Shown piece after piece: positions 12,520 to 25,619 of a DNA stretch of 64,000 nt. Origin of the DNA: Takakia lepidozioides (taxonomy: Eukaryota; Plantae; Bryophyta); assembly GCA_030704615.1 (NCBI GenBank), contig CM060732.1:69192001-69256000 (forward strand), read 5' to 3'. Numbering within the stretch: position 1 is the stretch's first letter; each line of letters opens with the position of its first letter. The notes beneath the pieces are model-generated. The model saw only the letters and a program-made list of their open reading frames with translations. It was not told the origin of the DNA and searched no databases. A program made the position numbers and the translations under genes.

Positions 12520-14738
12520 TCCTCTCCTCAACGTAGATGGAGTAATTGGACGGGAAAGCGACGGTGGTTGGGTGTGTTTCACGGATGGTGCTATTTACGT
12601 CTTTCATGGTTCGTTTTACCAGATACCGGTGGTCTACCATGCTCCACAGCAATTGATCCATTGGTTCGAGGGAGAGGGTATCCAGAGATTGGATCTAGGC
12701 GACATGGTCGGTTATCGCTGTAGGGCTCACTGGAGCTGGTGTCAGATAACCAGATGGAAGCCAGACATGGCAATTTGGGAGGAAGATGGTTGCACCTTTT
12801 GCTGGGTCATGAGCGTATGTGCAGAACTTGTTTCAGATGATGAACTTCACCCACTTGTGCATCAGTGTTCTCATGGTGTAGACAGGAACGGGGTGCCTGT
12901 ATATTACAGGAGTTATCAACTACTTCAAAAATATCGAGTGAGACAGGTGGAACCGAGATGCCATGGGAGCCCGAGTTGTGGCTTCACTGTTTGTTTTTTA
13001 AGCTCTCTTGGGTGGATGTAGATCACGTAAAGGCTAATCTTGCTGAGGGAAGGGCCACTATGTGTTAGATTGTCTTCTTCCTATATCCCATTATGCACAC
13101 AGCTATGCTCTACAGCTTTCACTGGGATAACTTGTAGTACTTGTGTGTGTGTCTCTCTCTCACTGTTTTATCCATGCACTCAAACCCCAACAGGCCTTCT
13201 TGAGCTTTGCTTGGCTCTTTCACTGAAAGAAAAGTTGAATATGGACATCTTCCAGCACCTAGGCCACTTGTATTGGGACTGCATCATGCTCTTGCAACAC
13301 ACAATATGAATGCTAGGAATACAATAAGAGACTCGAGGCAATAAGGCAATTTAGCTCTTCCTCTCATTGCCAAGTTTGGCACAACAATTTCAAAACTGAC
13401 CTTATCTTGACGGTTTTCCAGGGTTGTGATTGACCTCATGCGATACTCATCATGGTTCAATGAAGTGGAGACCTCTCCACAGCACTAGTAGATCCTTGTT
13501 ATAATCACACTGTCAGGCCCTCTTTGAAAGAACCTCAAAAGGCAGTCACCCCTTTAGAAATGAAACCGAATACTTTGGAGTCTAAGTACCAAAGTATTTA
13601 TAAACCTGATGGTATGCGGTTGGAAGGCCAGAATCAACCTCAGTAAGGTTAGTCCCACTTATTCCACCCAAACAGAGTATGGGGTCAGATGTAAGTACAG
13701 CTTTCATGTCAACCTGAAGTCGGGGGCCTAGCCCCTAACATGGCAAATCCCTTTTACATTCCCTACACTCCCATCTCCAAAACTAATGCATAGGATTAAC
13801 ACACAATATCAGAAACCCTGAATCCGAAAAATTGCGGCTTCTGAGATAATATGATGTTCAATAGTAGTTTCTATCAGGCCTTAAGCCGAAAGAATAAAGA
13901 GTACAGAAAGCTAAGGAAAGCTGTTAAGCCCCCAGCTCTCTGCTTTGCTACAGGCCCCATATGAGTGTGGGTATCACTTGCTATTTGTTTGCTAGCTGGC
14001 GCTGTGTGTTGTGCTTTTCGAATTTGTTGACAGGGGCGCAGCACTAGTTGGCCATCTCCTGCTTTTGGCACTAGGTGCTTATGTTCTAGGGCTTCAATCT
14101 CTTCTGCTCTTTCCAATTGGTAGCTTACTTTTGGAAGGAAGTTAGACCGACCACACTTATCCTGCCTGAGCTGCGTTCTTGTCACTCACACTTTGGGGTC
14201 ACTCACTTTTGGGATTTGCATTCCCTGATTCGACTTTTTGCTCCATTAAGTTTGTTCCTAGGTGTGCCCTTTTAACAAATTAGAGAGGGTGATCGAGAAT
14301 GAAATTAAATGAAATGGAACTTATAGGGTCCGCAGAAAGCTCAGAGAGCTTATGGGAAAAATGGAACAAGAAACAAGAAAGCAAAAGGACTGGAGCCGAA
14401 AGACTGGAGCCGAAAGCAGCCAGGGGAGAAAATGGGAGGAAGGAAACTTATTACATCCGAGAGAGAGAGAGAGAGAATGAAGGAAAGCCACAGATAAGTA
14501 GACGGATGTGGGGGCCCAGTCTGAAACTGTACCTGTCGCTCAAAGATAACGTGTTAAAGCCGTTGCCGTTGTTGGCAACTCTTAGTATAGCAGGCCCTCC
14601 CACCAACTTGTCATCACCTGTCTTATGCCTGATTCATGAGTAACAAGAGCATCATGAATTGTAAATACTACTAAGTAGTATTCCAGTAATACTTGATTGA
14701 CATTCCAGATTATCTACAATTACTATAGATGAAACTAA

Positions 14739-15018
14739 GCCTCTCATTTTACAATAATAGGGTCATGAATGCAAGCGTGCAAGAAGGACGGTCGGCCCAT
14801 CGTCCGTACAAGGGGCGCCCCCCACCCGCGCCCACCCGCCCGCCGCTGCTGCCGCGGTTGTACCAGCCGTGGCTGCCCCTCCCGGGGTCCGTCCACCGGC
14901 CGCTCCACTGGGGCGGGTCCGCTGGGGCTAGTCCGCTGCGGCAGGTCCGCTCCCGCTAGTCCGCCCGCCCGCAAGATCTGGGCCGTCCAGGACAAATCCC
15001 ATCGCAGCCCTCCAATTT
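14739..15018 (+). repeat. Left TIR of the MULE
   Basis: Reverse complement of 38689-38978 with scattered mismatches and indels; GC-rich. Confidence 0.9.
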
Positions 15019-15153
15019 AGGGCCTTATCTCTGCCGCCTGCCATCTACCACCAGCTGTAAACGTGGGTCCTGTTTCTCCGTGCACGTTCTCCATCGTGTC
15101 CTACAGCGCTTTCGTTGCACGTTCTGGAGCGTGTGTTCTGCACTGTACAGGGC

Positions 15154-18100
15154 ATGGACGTAGGAGCGGAAGCCGACGACATGCAGCAATTTGAGAGCTG
15201 GCTTATACGCCCTCTTCGACAAAGTTTGCAAACACCAAAACCAGGACCTTTCAACAATAAGGACCTCAATTGGAAGTGTGAAACGCAATATGGGTTTAAG
15301 GGGGTGCAAGTGTGTGTTAAAAAGGCCTGTATACCTTGGGAGAGAGTTGCAGACTTCATCCATGGAGAGGAGAGTGTAGAGGACTACCCCACTCAATATT
15401 GGGTACATGTGCACAGTAAAGTGGACGCCGGAGTGCGGAAAGCTCCCGGAGGAAACAGCTTCTTGAGCAGTATCATGTGTGCACCATCCTCATTGTGGTT
15501 TAGGGATGTCACTACATTGTTGTTGTGATTTGTATTTGTCTCCGACTGTGGCTTCCATAAGATCATAGGTTGATATTTTGTACGGACCCGACGACAAGCG
15601 GCGCACGGTCAATGCAACTGTCGAGGATCCAAAAGAAAAGCGTGGAGGTCCGGATGTGGGTGCTGGCACTAAACACCCGCATAAAAGCCCAAGAATGAAG
15701 AAGTCAGACTATGGATAGTCGTACAAGTGCGGGTGTCTTTGTTGTTTCAAAGTGCAACAATCTTATCTTGCCCCGGACATTTGTGTCCTCACATACTACA
15801 ACAACATGGAGCACGTCGATGCCCTAGGGAAACCCTCCCATGGCAAGACCGCAGAGTTCGGGAACACACGGGCAGCCTACGCACACCGCATTAGCGAGGA
15901 ATTGAAAGCCTGGGTCGTTGAGTGTTTGTGCCGAGGGCTCACGGTCGCACAAATCATGATGGAACACAAGGAGCACGTCATGAACAACACAGGTTTGGGA
16001 GATGCATGGACACTTGATGATTTCCTTCTCGAGCAAGATGTCCGCAACCTGGCTGAGAAACGGGCGTGGCAGACGTTCAAAAAGCATGCCAACGATGCCG
16101 ACAGCGTCCGCATGTGGAAAGACCTGAACCCCGCATCAGCCTTCTTCTATCGAGAAGAAACATTGGCGCCAACCTTCAAGCATTACGATGGAGATTTGAC
16201 ATTCACTATTGGCATTCAAATTGAGTGGCAGAAGCAGAGAATGCTTCAATTGGGACATGCGCGTATCGTTGCATGCGATGCAACCTTCGGTACAAATCAC
16301 CACAAGGTACGATTCATCCCTCTTACCATTTCTGCAAATCAATTGTTTGTAGGATGTTGCACATTGGAACCAACTGACATAGAGACATAGTGCATCTGAA
16401 CAGTTCCCATTGTACAAGTTGATGGTTTTCGACGAGTGGTTGAACGGTATACCAGTTGCGTACATCATATCCGCCAGGAATAGGACAACAGACCTGGTAC
16501 CGTGGATGACAGCCTTGCGTGACCGACTCCACGCAGATATGCCAACCTGGCGACCCAATGCCTTTCATTGTCGATGATGCGGACGCTGAAATAAATGTTA
16601 TAAGGTGAGTCTTCCATACCTCAACAGACACCTACTGTCAAAGTCCTCTGGCATGCAACTGTCGTCATAGTGTGCTCTGCCAGAGTCTGTGGCAGAGTGG
16701 CGTGCGACAGTTCCCTTAGAGCCTTGCATGCGCGAGTCTGCTGGCAGGTTGGACTAAAACTAAGTCGCGTGGGCAAGCCAACTTGCCCGACCAAGTCAGT
16801 GGCAGACTTGCCCGGCCGAGTCCGCTGGCAGACTCGTCATCCGAGTCCGCCAGAAGACTCGCAGGGGCAAGTCTGTTGGCACCCTTCATGGGTCTGCTGG
16901 CAGACTTGGGAGGGGAAGTCGGTCCGCCAGACCCGTAGGCAGTGTCTTGCGACCAAGTTCGTTTAGGGGTTGGTGTGGAGTCTGCTTTGGGCTATTTGGC
17001 TGGCAGACACGCCTGCGCCAGAACCCTGGCAGAATTGCATGCGCGAGTTCGTTGGCAGACTCGACTCGGAGAGTCCGCTGCACACTCGTGTGGGCGAGTC
17101 CGCTTGCAGTCAACGAACCAACTCCGCTAGCAGACTTGCGTGGGCGAGTCCGCTGGTACCCTGAACGGGCCGAGTCCGCTAGCAGATTCGTCAGGCGGCG
17201 TCCGACACAAGACTCGCGGGCCGAGTCCGCTAGCACGCTTCATGGGTCTGCTAGCAGACTTCGGAGGGGAAGTCAGCCCGCCACACCCCACCCGCAGGCT
17301 ATGTCTTACCACCAAGTCCGTTTAGGGGTTGGTGTGAAGTCTGTTGGAGGTCTCTAGCACTCGGTTGGTGTCCACCGACAATGGGGGGGTTCCCTCTGAA
17401 GTGCCTGATGTGGATGTGTTATGTGCAGGATTACTTTCAAAGGAGTCCTCATTTTCCTGTGCCTTTGGCATGTCCGCAAGGCATGGGTAAAGCAATCATG
17501 CCAGAAGACCAAAGATCCCGTCACTGCAGCAAACGTGTTGAAGGATATGGGAAAACTTAATTAATGTAGAGGTGGACCAAGCGATCCCAAAAAAACGCTT
17601 CTATGGGTTGCCAAAACAATCAGGGACATGAAAAAGAAATATCGGAATGCCCGGGAATTTTTAAAGTACATCGACAAGGAATGGTCTCCTAAAATAGCAA
17701 TGTGGTGTACTGCTGCTCGTCATGTTCCACATGCCAGTCAAGACACAAATGCTAGCATTGAGGCATACCATGGAAACTTGAAGGCTAGACTGAGGATGGG
17801 GAAAGGCAAAATGACTGGTCGAAGAGTCGATTGGCTAATATGGGAACTCACGGGCCGTGTGCTCACACACTACTGGTATGCAATTCATTTGAAGACGAAT
17901 GGGTTCATACAGAATGACAAACAGGAAAAGTACATATCTAGCTCTGTGCTAGCGGCCAGGGACATTCCAGCGAGCAATGTGACTCTACCCTTGGTGGAAG
18001 GACAACCAGCGTATGTGCTAAGCAGCAATCACCCAGAGACAACCTACATTGTTTACAACCCTGGATCGGATTGGGCTTCTTCCACTTGCCCATGGGCAAT

Positions 18101-18600
18101 GAAAGGCAATTTGTGCAAACACCAAGTGAAAGTGCTGAAGTTGCTTCATCCCGACTTGCAGGATGGACTCATAGTGCGTGCATGTGGCACGACGCTCGGA
18201 ACCATACATGGAGGATTGCATAATCTGATGTTGGATGAAACAACTGTCGCAGGGGAGGTTGGTGCGATGGACAGACCTGTGGAGGATTGTGACTTCGCAC
18301 CCCGAGAGGAGCCCGTCTACGTCCCACTGAGTATGGCCGAAGGTCAGATATCTTTGTATTGAGGGTGATGACAAGTACCTCGAGACACATGTGTTGTCAT
18401 GCCTTCGAATCTGTACAGGGCAGCTTATTGATGTCCTAGCCAAAATTGCTAATGGGATGCTACATCCTCGTGCAGCAAAACCTTTCCGACCTGTTGACGA
18501 CAATAATAATTTGTCTCTGAAAAGGAAGAGGGATTTCGTCGAAGCATGGAAAACCCGACCCAGAGTCTTGCGGAGAACGCGCAATAGGTGTATGCCCCAA
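15154..18600 (+). pseudogene. MULE DDE transposase with SWIM zinc finger (spliced, disrupted)
   Basis: CDATFGTN (D), IVDDADAE (D), CLWH (CxxH), TNASIEAYH (E). SWIM-like ..STCPWAMKGNLCKH has lost its first Cys. Introns near 16307-16403 and 16604-17429; premature stops near 15716 and 17560. 3' end approximate. Confidence 0.85.
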
Positions 18601-19598
18601 CTCCTGCAACGAAAATATACACAAGAATTGTTAAGGTTTCAGACCGTTGGGCGGGACCCAGGTAGACATCATACTCACACAGCAAAACAATGTTATGCCA
18701 TCATAGTCCGTGCAGAGAAATCATCAGAGCTCAGAGCGCCCCACCGACCAGTTGTGGAAGACTGGGCATTCTGCTCAACAGACCGCGGAAATTGCCAAAC
18801 AGACTACTAAGCAGACTGCACACAAGTACATGATAACACTGCCAAGTCTGCTGATGGTTTTCGGCTAATTCAGACACAAAAACAGTCTTGGCCCAATACA
18901 CTGCGTAGTCTGCAGAGCCCAACAGACTTACAGTATGGACAGACTGGGTGGTCTTCTGCACTAACCACCGAACTGCTCCCACGGAGCGTACTCGCCCAGA
19001 CACGGAGCCCAACTGCACACATATACATTGTGCATCAACGTGCCACCCACTCTGCCGAGCAGACTGATGAGCGGCGAGCAGACTGCGCAACAGACTTCTT
19101 AGCATGCAACAGACTAGCCTGCAGACTGGTCAAACAGACGGAGACTACTGTAGTCTGCTAACAGTAGTTAATAGTAGAACCAAGTAGTCTGCTCAAGTGA
19201 GGACGTGGGGTGGTTGTCTACTAAACTGTATTGTTCGGCCATTGTACGACTTCTTTTGACGAACTTGCATAGGTGGGGACAGTATGAGTGCATGTAGGCC
19301 TTCATCTCAGAAAATATTACATACATTCAGAATGTGAATTGAAACAACAATGAATGTATATATTTATTTCCTCAAGGGAGCAGTTTTTCTGCATCGTCCA
19401 AACCACGGCGGATATACTTTACACACTGCAATCGCTGCAGTAACGGAAACCTGAAATTAAACCACCTTGGTGTGAAGGCTTGTCCTCTCTCTTTGGTTTT
19501 CTGCCTATCGCCTTTCAGCCAGTCGTAATACCCTTCAATGAAAGACATCACGTAAAACCCACACTCCCAACTGAAAGGTTGTTGGGGCACTTCGAGAG

Positions 19599-19925
19599 TG
19601 TCAAGTTATTTTACCACTAGTGTGAAACTAGCTAGGAAATAGCTAGCTTTTACATATTGACATTTGGGATTGGCCCAAGTGTCAATCCAGGGGTCAAGGC
19701 AGATTTAGGCCCTGGAGTGGTTATCTTCACGGCAAGCGCGGGAGGCTCATCCTTCTCGAGTTGAGCCTCACCGCGCCTAGCTATGGCGCCGTAGTGTGGA
19801 TTCCCCATGGCGTGGGGTGCACTTGGCTTGACTTGTATTTGAGTGATGAGGTTATATATGCATGAGTTTATGCTTCAGCTTTGTGAGCTCGCATGAGCTT
19901 GTGCTTGTATTCTTCTTCTTTATCA
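19599..19925 (+). repeat. LTR segment A, 5' copy (327 bp)
   Basis: Near-identical to 30453-30778; I see one substitution and one 1-bp indel. Confidence 0.95.
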
Positions 19926-19938
19926 CTCGAGAAGGATG
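19926..19938 (+). other. Putative primer-binding site, not tRNA-like, complementary to the LTR
   Basis: CTCGAGAAGGATG directly follows the LTR end ..TTATCA, lacks the TGG of a tRNA PBS, and is the exact reverse complement of 19748-19760. Confidence 0.6.
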
Positions 19939-20785
19939 TGGTGTGCTTGCCAAGCTCCTGAAACCCTAAGGCTTACATTTCCAGCCACAAGACACTTCTC
20001 TTGTGGTGCAAGAGCTCTTCTTCCAAGCTCTGAAACCCTAGGTGCACATTCCATGGCCTTGCCGCACCTCTTAGCTCCTGTTCCAGCCCTGCTCTTGCCA
20101 TGACAAGAGCCCTCTCAATGCTGAAGCTCGAGATTGAAACCCAATCTCACCATACTCCACAAAGTGCACTGATTTGCCCCAAGCCAAATCAGCCCTTTCG
20201 CTTGGTCTTGCAATCCTTCACACAATGACAACTCGCATTCCCAAGTCCAGTTCTCAGCTTTGCCACCAAAGCCACTATAACCTGCTCTTGACTGGTCCTC
20301 TTCCCAATCGTGCTTGCTCATGCATGTACACAATCTGAAACCATCAAGGTGCTCTGGAATTACCTACAGTATGGTGCTTTCATCTCTGAAGCTGAAGATC
20401 GAATGCCAAGGTTTACCACCTCGTAACCCACATCGCCTCCGCTTCTAACAACCAAGAGCTCCACGGTGCTCCTTGCATAACAACTTGGTTTCTCTCATTC
20501 TCAAGCAAAAACCACAAGTGCTACAACTAACTCGTATCTAGCACTCATAGATACGAGCTCATCTTTCTCGAGTGATAAAGAAGACTTGGTTTGTGGCAAC
20601 CACCTCATGGCTTAGGGCTACTATGGTGGTGTGTGGGAGCCGAAAGAGCAAGGATACCTTGCTGATTTCCTCACAGCCACCATAGCTCGGTGGAAAGAAG
20701 CCTAGAGTCCAAGAGACACAAACCCTAGCTTGGCGTGGCTAAACCCCTTGGAGAAATGGCTAAACTGCCAGAGCGGCCATGTGTG

Positions 20786-21965
20786 GGGCTGTGACAGGCT
20801 GTGGCAAGCTGTGACGGGCTGTGGCAAGCTGTGATGGGCTGTGTCAGGCTGTGACAGGTTGTGCCCAGTGGCCTTTGGGGCTGTGACGGGCTATGCGGGG
20901 CTGTGACAGGCTGTGCCCTGAGGCCTGTGGGGCTGTGACGGGCTGTGACAGGCTGTGGCGAGCTGTGACAGGCTGTGCCCAGTGGCCTTTGGGGCTGTGA
21001 CGGGCTGTGACAGGCCGTGCCTGATGCCTTTGGGGCTGTGACGGGCTGTGAGGGGCTGTGACGGGCTGTGTCAGGCTGTGGCGAGCTGTGACGGGCTGTG
21101 ACGGGCTGTGGCAAGCTGTGACCGGCTGTGATGGGCTGTGATGGGCTGTGACAGGCTGTGCCCTGTGCCCTGTGGGGCTGTGACGGGCTGTGTCAGGCTG
21201 TGACAGGCTGTGCCCAGTGGCCTTTGGGGCTGTGACGGGCTGTGCGGGGCTGTGACAGGCTGTGCCCTGAGGCCTATGGGGCTGTGACGGGCTGTGACAG
21301 GCTGTGGCGAGCTGTGACAGGCTGTGCCCATGGCCTTTGGGGCTGTGACGGGCTGTGAGGGGCTGTGAGGGGCTGTGACAGGCCGTGCCTGGGGCCTTTG
21401 GGCTGTGACGGGCTGTGAGGGGCTGTGACAGGCCGTGCCCATGGCCTTTGGGGCTGTGACGGGCTGTGAGGGGCTGTGACAGGCCGTGCCTGAGGCCTTT
21501 GAGGCTGTGAGGGGCTGTGAGGGCTGTGACAGGCCGTGCCCTAGGCCTTTGAGGCTGTGACGGGCTGTGATGGGCTGTGTGGCAAGCTGTGACAGGCTGT
21601 GATGGGCTGTGATGGGCTGTGACAGGCTGTGCCCTGTGCCCTGTGAGGCTGTGACGGGCTGTGAGGGGCTGTGACAAGCCGTGCCCATGGCCTTTGGGGC
21701 TGTGAGGGGTTGTGAGGGGCTGTGACAGGCCGTGCCTGAGGCCTTTGGGGCTGTGACGGGCTGTGAGGGGCTGTGACAGGCCGTGCCCATGGCCTTTGGG
21801 GCTGTGACGGGCTGTGAGGGGCTGTGACAGGCCGTGCCTGAGGCCTTTGAGGCTGTGAGGGGCTGTGAGGGGTTGTGACAGGCCGTGCCTGAGGCCTTTG
21901 AGGCTGTGACAGGCTGTGAGGGGCTGCGACAGGCTGTGCCCAGTGGCCTGTGGGACTGTGACGGC
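20786..21965. repeat. 10-bp minisatellite (GGGCTGTGAC / AGGCTGTGAC) with higher-order units, in the retroelement leader
   Basis: About 1.2 kb of GGCTGTGA cores interspersed with GCCGTGCC..GGCCTTTG spacers. Confidence 0.95.
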
Positions 21966-22907
21966 CTGACCAGTGAGCTGTGTGGGCAGGTGGGGTCTGT
22001 GGTGGCCCGTGTTGACTGTGGACGGCCTGTGCTGACTCGTGGAGGCACTGGTGGACTGCCTAAGGACTGGCATGTGTGGAAGGCCGAATTTTGAAGCTCG
22101 TGGAGGGCGGTTTGAGGAGTATCTTCATGATATTCCCATGGTCATGCAAGTGAGGGATAGAGAGGAGAGGAGAGAGTGTTGGGATGAGAGCATGCTGGGG
22201 TTAGGCATTGCTTTAGCTTCTCTTCCTCGTAGTTTCCACCCTCTCATTAGGCCAAGACCTTTCCGTAGGTGGAGGCAAGAGTCAGTCCGGGTTTGGGCTG
22301 GGGTGTCCTTGCAGGAGCAACACCGTGGAGTTGTTTTTGGTGTGGGGGAGTTGTCGTTCTGATTTCTTGTGTTTGGATCCCCTCCATACCTGCATGCTTG
22401 ACTGTGCGCCATGCTAGTTTGTGTGGGCGCTTGTTTTTATAGGTGATTGGTCCGGATTTGATCACCGGCCAGTCCTAGAGCATGCTGTCGATGGTGAGGC
22501 TGGGGTGATGACCAGCCAGACCATCATTTTTCTCCTGTGGTGAGGTTGGAGGTGATGACCAGCCAACCATAGGAGTGCTTGCGGTGGATGCAGGTACAGG
22601 TGTAGGCTATGTTAGGAACTTAGTATTCCAAACCATAAGCCGCAACAGGTTCTCTACCCGGTTACCTTGTGGAGAGGGGGTTAGGGACATGTTCATGACC
22701 GGTTGAGTGTCAACACGGAGGTGCCACTAGTTGCTGGGGACAGTGCCGGTTCGAGCACTAGCGATACTAGTGGGTACACGAGACGAGGTGTGCGGTTTAG
22801 GCCACCTTCACCTCCTGTGTCTTCTACGGAAGGTTCTGATTCGGATTGTGAATCAGGAGGACTCATACCGGGTGCAAGTTGTTTCTTTGCCATTGTTGTG
22901 GGACACA

Positions 22908-24150
22908 ATGGAGGAGATGTATGGAGCTACCAAGGGGCCACGAAGGTACTCTGGGGCGGTGGGCACCATCGAGTTGGATGATTTTATCCAAGAGTTTGAT
23001 AGTTGGTGTGATTTGCAGCAAATGCGCAATCCACAACTATTTACGCCGTTCATGGCATGGAAGGGGCTGTTTCAGCACCTTGAGGGGCCGCCTATGGATG
23101 ATTACCATGAGTTCAGGCGGGGGCATGAGGTTGAGATCGAGGAGTGGAGGATGTACTGGTCACCCGACTATGTCTCCATCACTAGGGGCACTAGAGCCAC
23201 GAGGGCAGTGGCTACACCTGCCGCTGCACCGGCAGCTTCAGCAAGCAGCAGTGGGACTGGTGGTACAGTAGCTACGACGTCCACCCAAGCCACTACCGCA
23301 CCAGCACTAGCACCCGTGCCTGCCTTCAACCCTGTTGTGGAGTTCTTCGAAGAGTTGAGAGGGAACTACCAAGGGGTGAGGACAGAGAAGTTGCGGAGCT
23401 TGCAAGAGTTCCAACGGAAGCCGACCGAGAGCTTGAGGGAGGCTTTCACTCGCATGAGGCGCTTGATAAATGTAACCCAAGGGGTTACGGAAGCTCAGGC
23501 AGTCCAATTCTGGTATGGGATATTGGACAAGGAGCTGAGGAGAAGGGTGCGGGTGCGGATGCAACTCTCCTACAAGCGGCCCAACCCACCTTAGCAAATG
23601 TGTTTTTGCTGGCAGAGCGGATAGAGCTCAACATGGTGGAGGAACGAGTGGTCATGTGGGATTTGCTAAGGAGACACCACGGGGGTAGTGGTGCTCCTAG
23701 CCAACCACTACCTCAACGTGCTCAAGGCAACAAGGGGGCTCAGGTGAAGCTCAGGGAAGGGCAGAGAGGACCTCAGATGCAGGGGTCTCTCCCTTCATTT
23801 GCTGGCCAACAACGGGCGGATGTGGTGTGCTGGACATGTGGAGGACCCCATGTCAAGAAGGATTGCCCAGAGGGAGGCAAAGGGCCGGCACATGCACAGC
23901 CTGCACAGTTGCAGTGTGGGCATTGTGGCAAACACGGGCATGGAGAGGCCAGTGTTATGGTTTGCATCCTGAGTTGCGCCCAGGCCAGTTCCAAGGGAAC
24001 AATGGTGGCCGGGGGCGAGGTGGAGCAGCCCAGAGAGGACGAGGTGGCCAGCCACGTGCAGGCCAAGGGCAAGCTCAACGTGGCCAAGGACGCGGAGGTC
24101 AGGGTGTTGACCAAGGCATGGCCAACCGGCTTCAGCAGCTAGAGCAGAGG
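22908..24150 (+). CDS. gag: Gag with two CCHC-type zinc knuckles (frameshifted)
   Basis: LDDFIQEFDSW, FQRKPTESLREAFTRM; knuckles CWTCGGPHVKKDC and CGHCGKHGH... Confidence 0.8.
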
Positions 24151-24879
24151 CTCGCTGCCATGGCTACAGCTCAGGTGGTACCGGCTCTAAGGCCGGATGG
24201 TCCACCTCCTGCTCCTGAGGGAGGAGATATGGGAGGCATGGGATTCATGTGTGGAGCAGCACTACCACTAGTGCAGGTGGAGTCTGCTGCAGCCGTGACT
24301 CGAGGAGCAGCACGAGTTCCTGAGCCACGAGGTGCAGAGGTGGAGTTGGATCCACAGCGTGGGGAGGCAAGCCGTCAGGCTAGGCTTCCTCAGTCATTCA
24401 CATTGGCGGAGACAGTGTCGACGCCATCCATGGCACCTAGTTCTCGCCCGACTGTTACCGAGGCGGAGGTTACTATGCCATTGGGGAGAGCTACACGGGT
24501 AGCACCACTACCTAGTGTTGCCAAGGCTACGGCAGCTAGTGTGCTGCTAGGAGCGGCCACATCTGTGTGCCAGGCTCCATTGTTCTCGGCTACCATGATT
24601 GCGACGCCGGGGGTAAGACCAGCTGAGGTGTTCAGGCTGGCAGCTACACTCTGTGAGAGTGGGGAGGTTACTTCATCTTCTGCGGAGATAGTGGGAGGTG
24701 TAGTGCCGGAGGGATCCTCGGATTTGAGGGTCAAGACTGCCACGGCGGCGCCATGGCAAGCTGCAGCTGCCAGGTTGATGGAGCTGCCAGCTAGGCCAGC
24801 CATTGAGCGCGCCATGGTGACACCTGGAGTTGTCATGTTAGACAACCAGGATGGCATTTTCTGTTTGAGTGGACCGGCA

Positions 24880-25260
24880 GGCAAGAGAGGTACCGGCCAC
24901 TGCGGTCTTGTTGGACTCGGGAGCTCAGCCACTGATGCTGGGCAGAGCTGCTATTGCAGGCTTGGGCCTCACGGAGGCGGATATGGAGCCTTGTCCTTTC
25001 CAGATACAGACGTCTCTGGGAGGATCGGAGCAGGCTCGGGGCATGACACGGTGAGTTGGCTATCAGACTACGGCCGGATCACCCTACAGATGGCTCAGTG
25101 ATGCGAGCCAAGGCCATTGTGACAGACGCAGTCTCATACGATGTCCTGGTTGGTGGGGCAGTGTTGTACCCCATGGGCTTCACCCTGGATTTTTGGGAGG
25201 AGTCAGCTTCCTATAGGCCTGCATGGCAGTCAGGGGAGGGCCGGCGTGTGCAGCTCCCTG
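24880..25260 (+). CDS. Retroviral-type aspartic protease domain
   Basis: AVLLDSGAQ catalytic motif and YDVLVGGAVL (ILG-like) motif, split by a frameshift. Confidence 0.8.
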
Positions 25261-25619
25261 TGACGTTCATAGGAGGAGTTGCGGTTGCCCAGCGAGGCAA
25301 GATGCCGACACTAGCAGCATTCACAGCGGCAGTGAGTTGGGCCTAGAGAGTTGCTTGAGGGCAATGCTCATTCAGAGGATGTACCACCTCCGGAGAGCAG
25401 GATGACATGTATGGTATGGCGGAGTTGCCTACCATGGTTGCTCAGACTCCATTGTGGGGCACGAGCAAGGATTTGCAGCGGGATGCTGATCGACGGGTGC
25501 AACAAGCCTGGGTGGAGGCTTTTGTACCGTCAGGAGAGGAGGAGAGTGTGGGGATTGCACCAGGACCACCTCAATTGTCTCCATTGGACACCACACCTAT
25601 TGTGTGGCAGTATCCGGAT

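Noticed and set aside
20786-21965. CRISPR-like array
   Set aside because: No unique spacers and no cas genes; eukaryotic minisatellite.
20725-22073. Long minus-strand ORFs (409, 325 and 129 aa)
   Set aside because: By-products of the 10-bp minisatellite, which lacks stops on that strand; the translations are purely repetitive.
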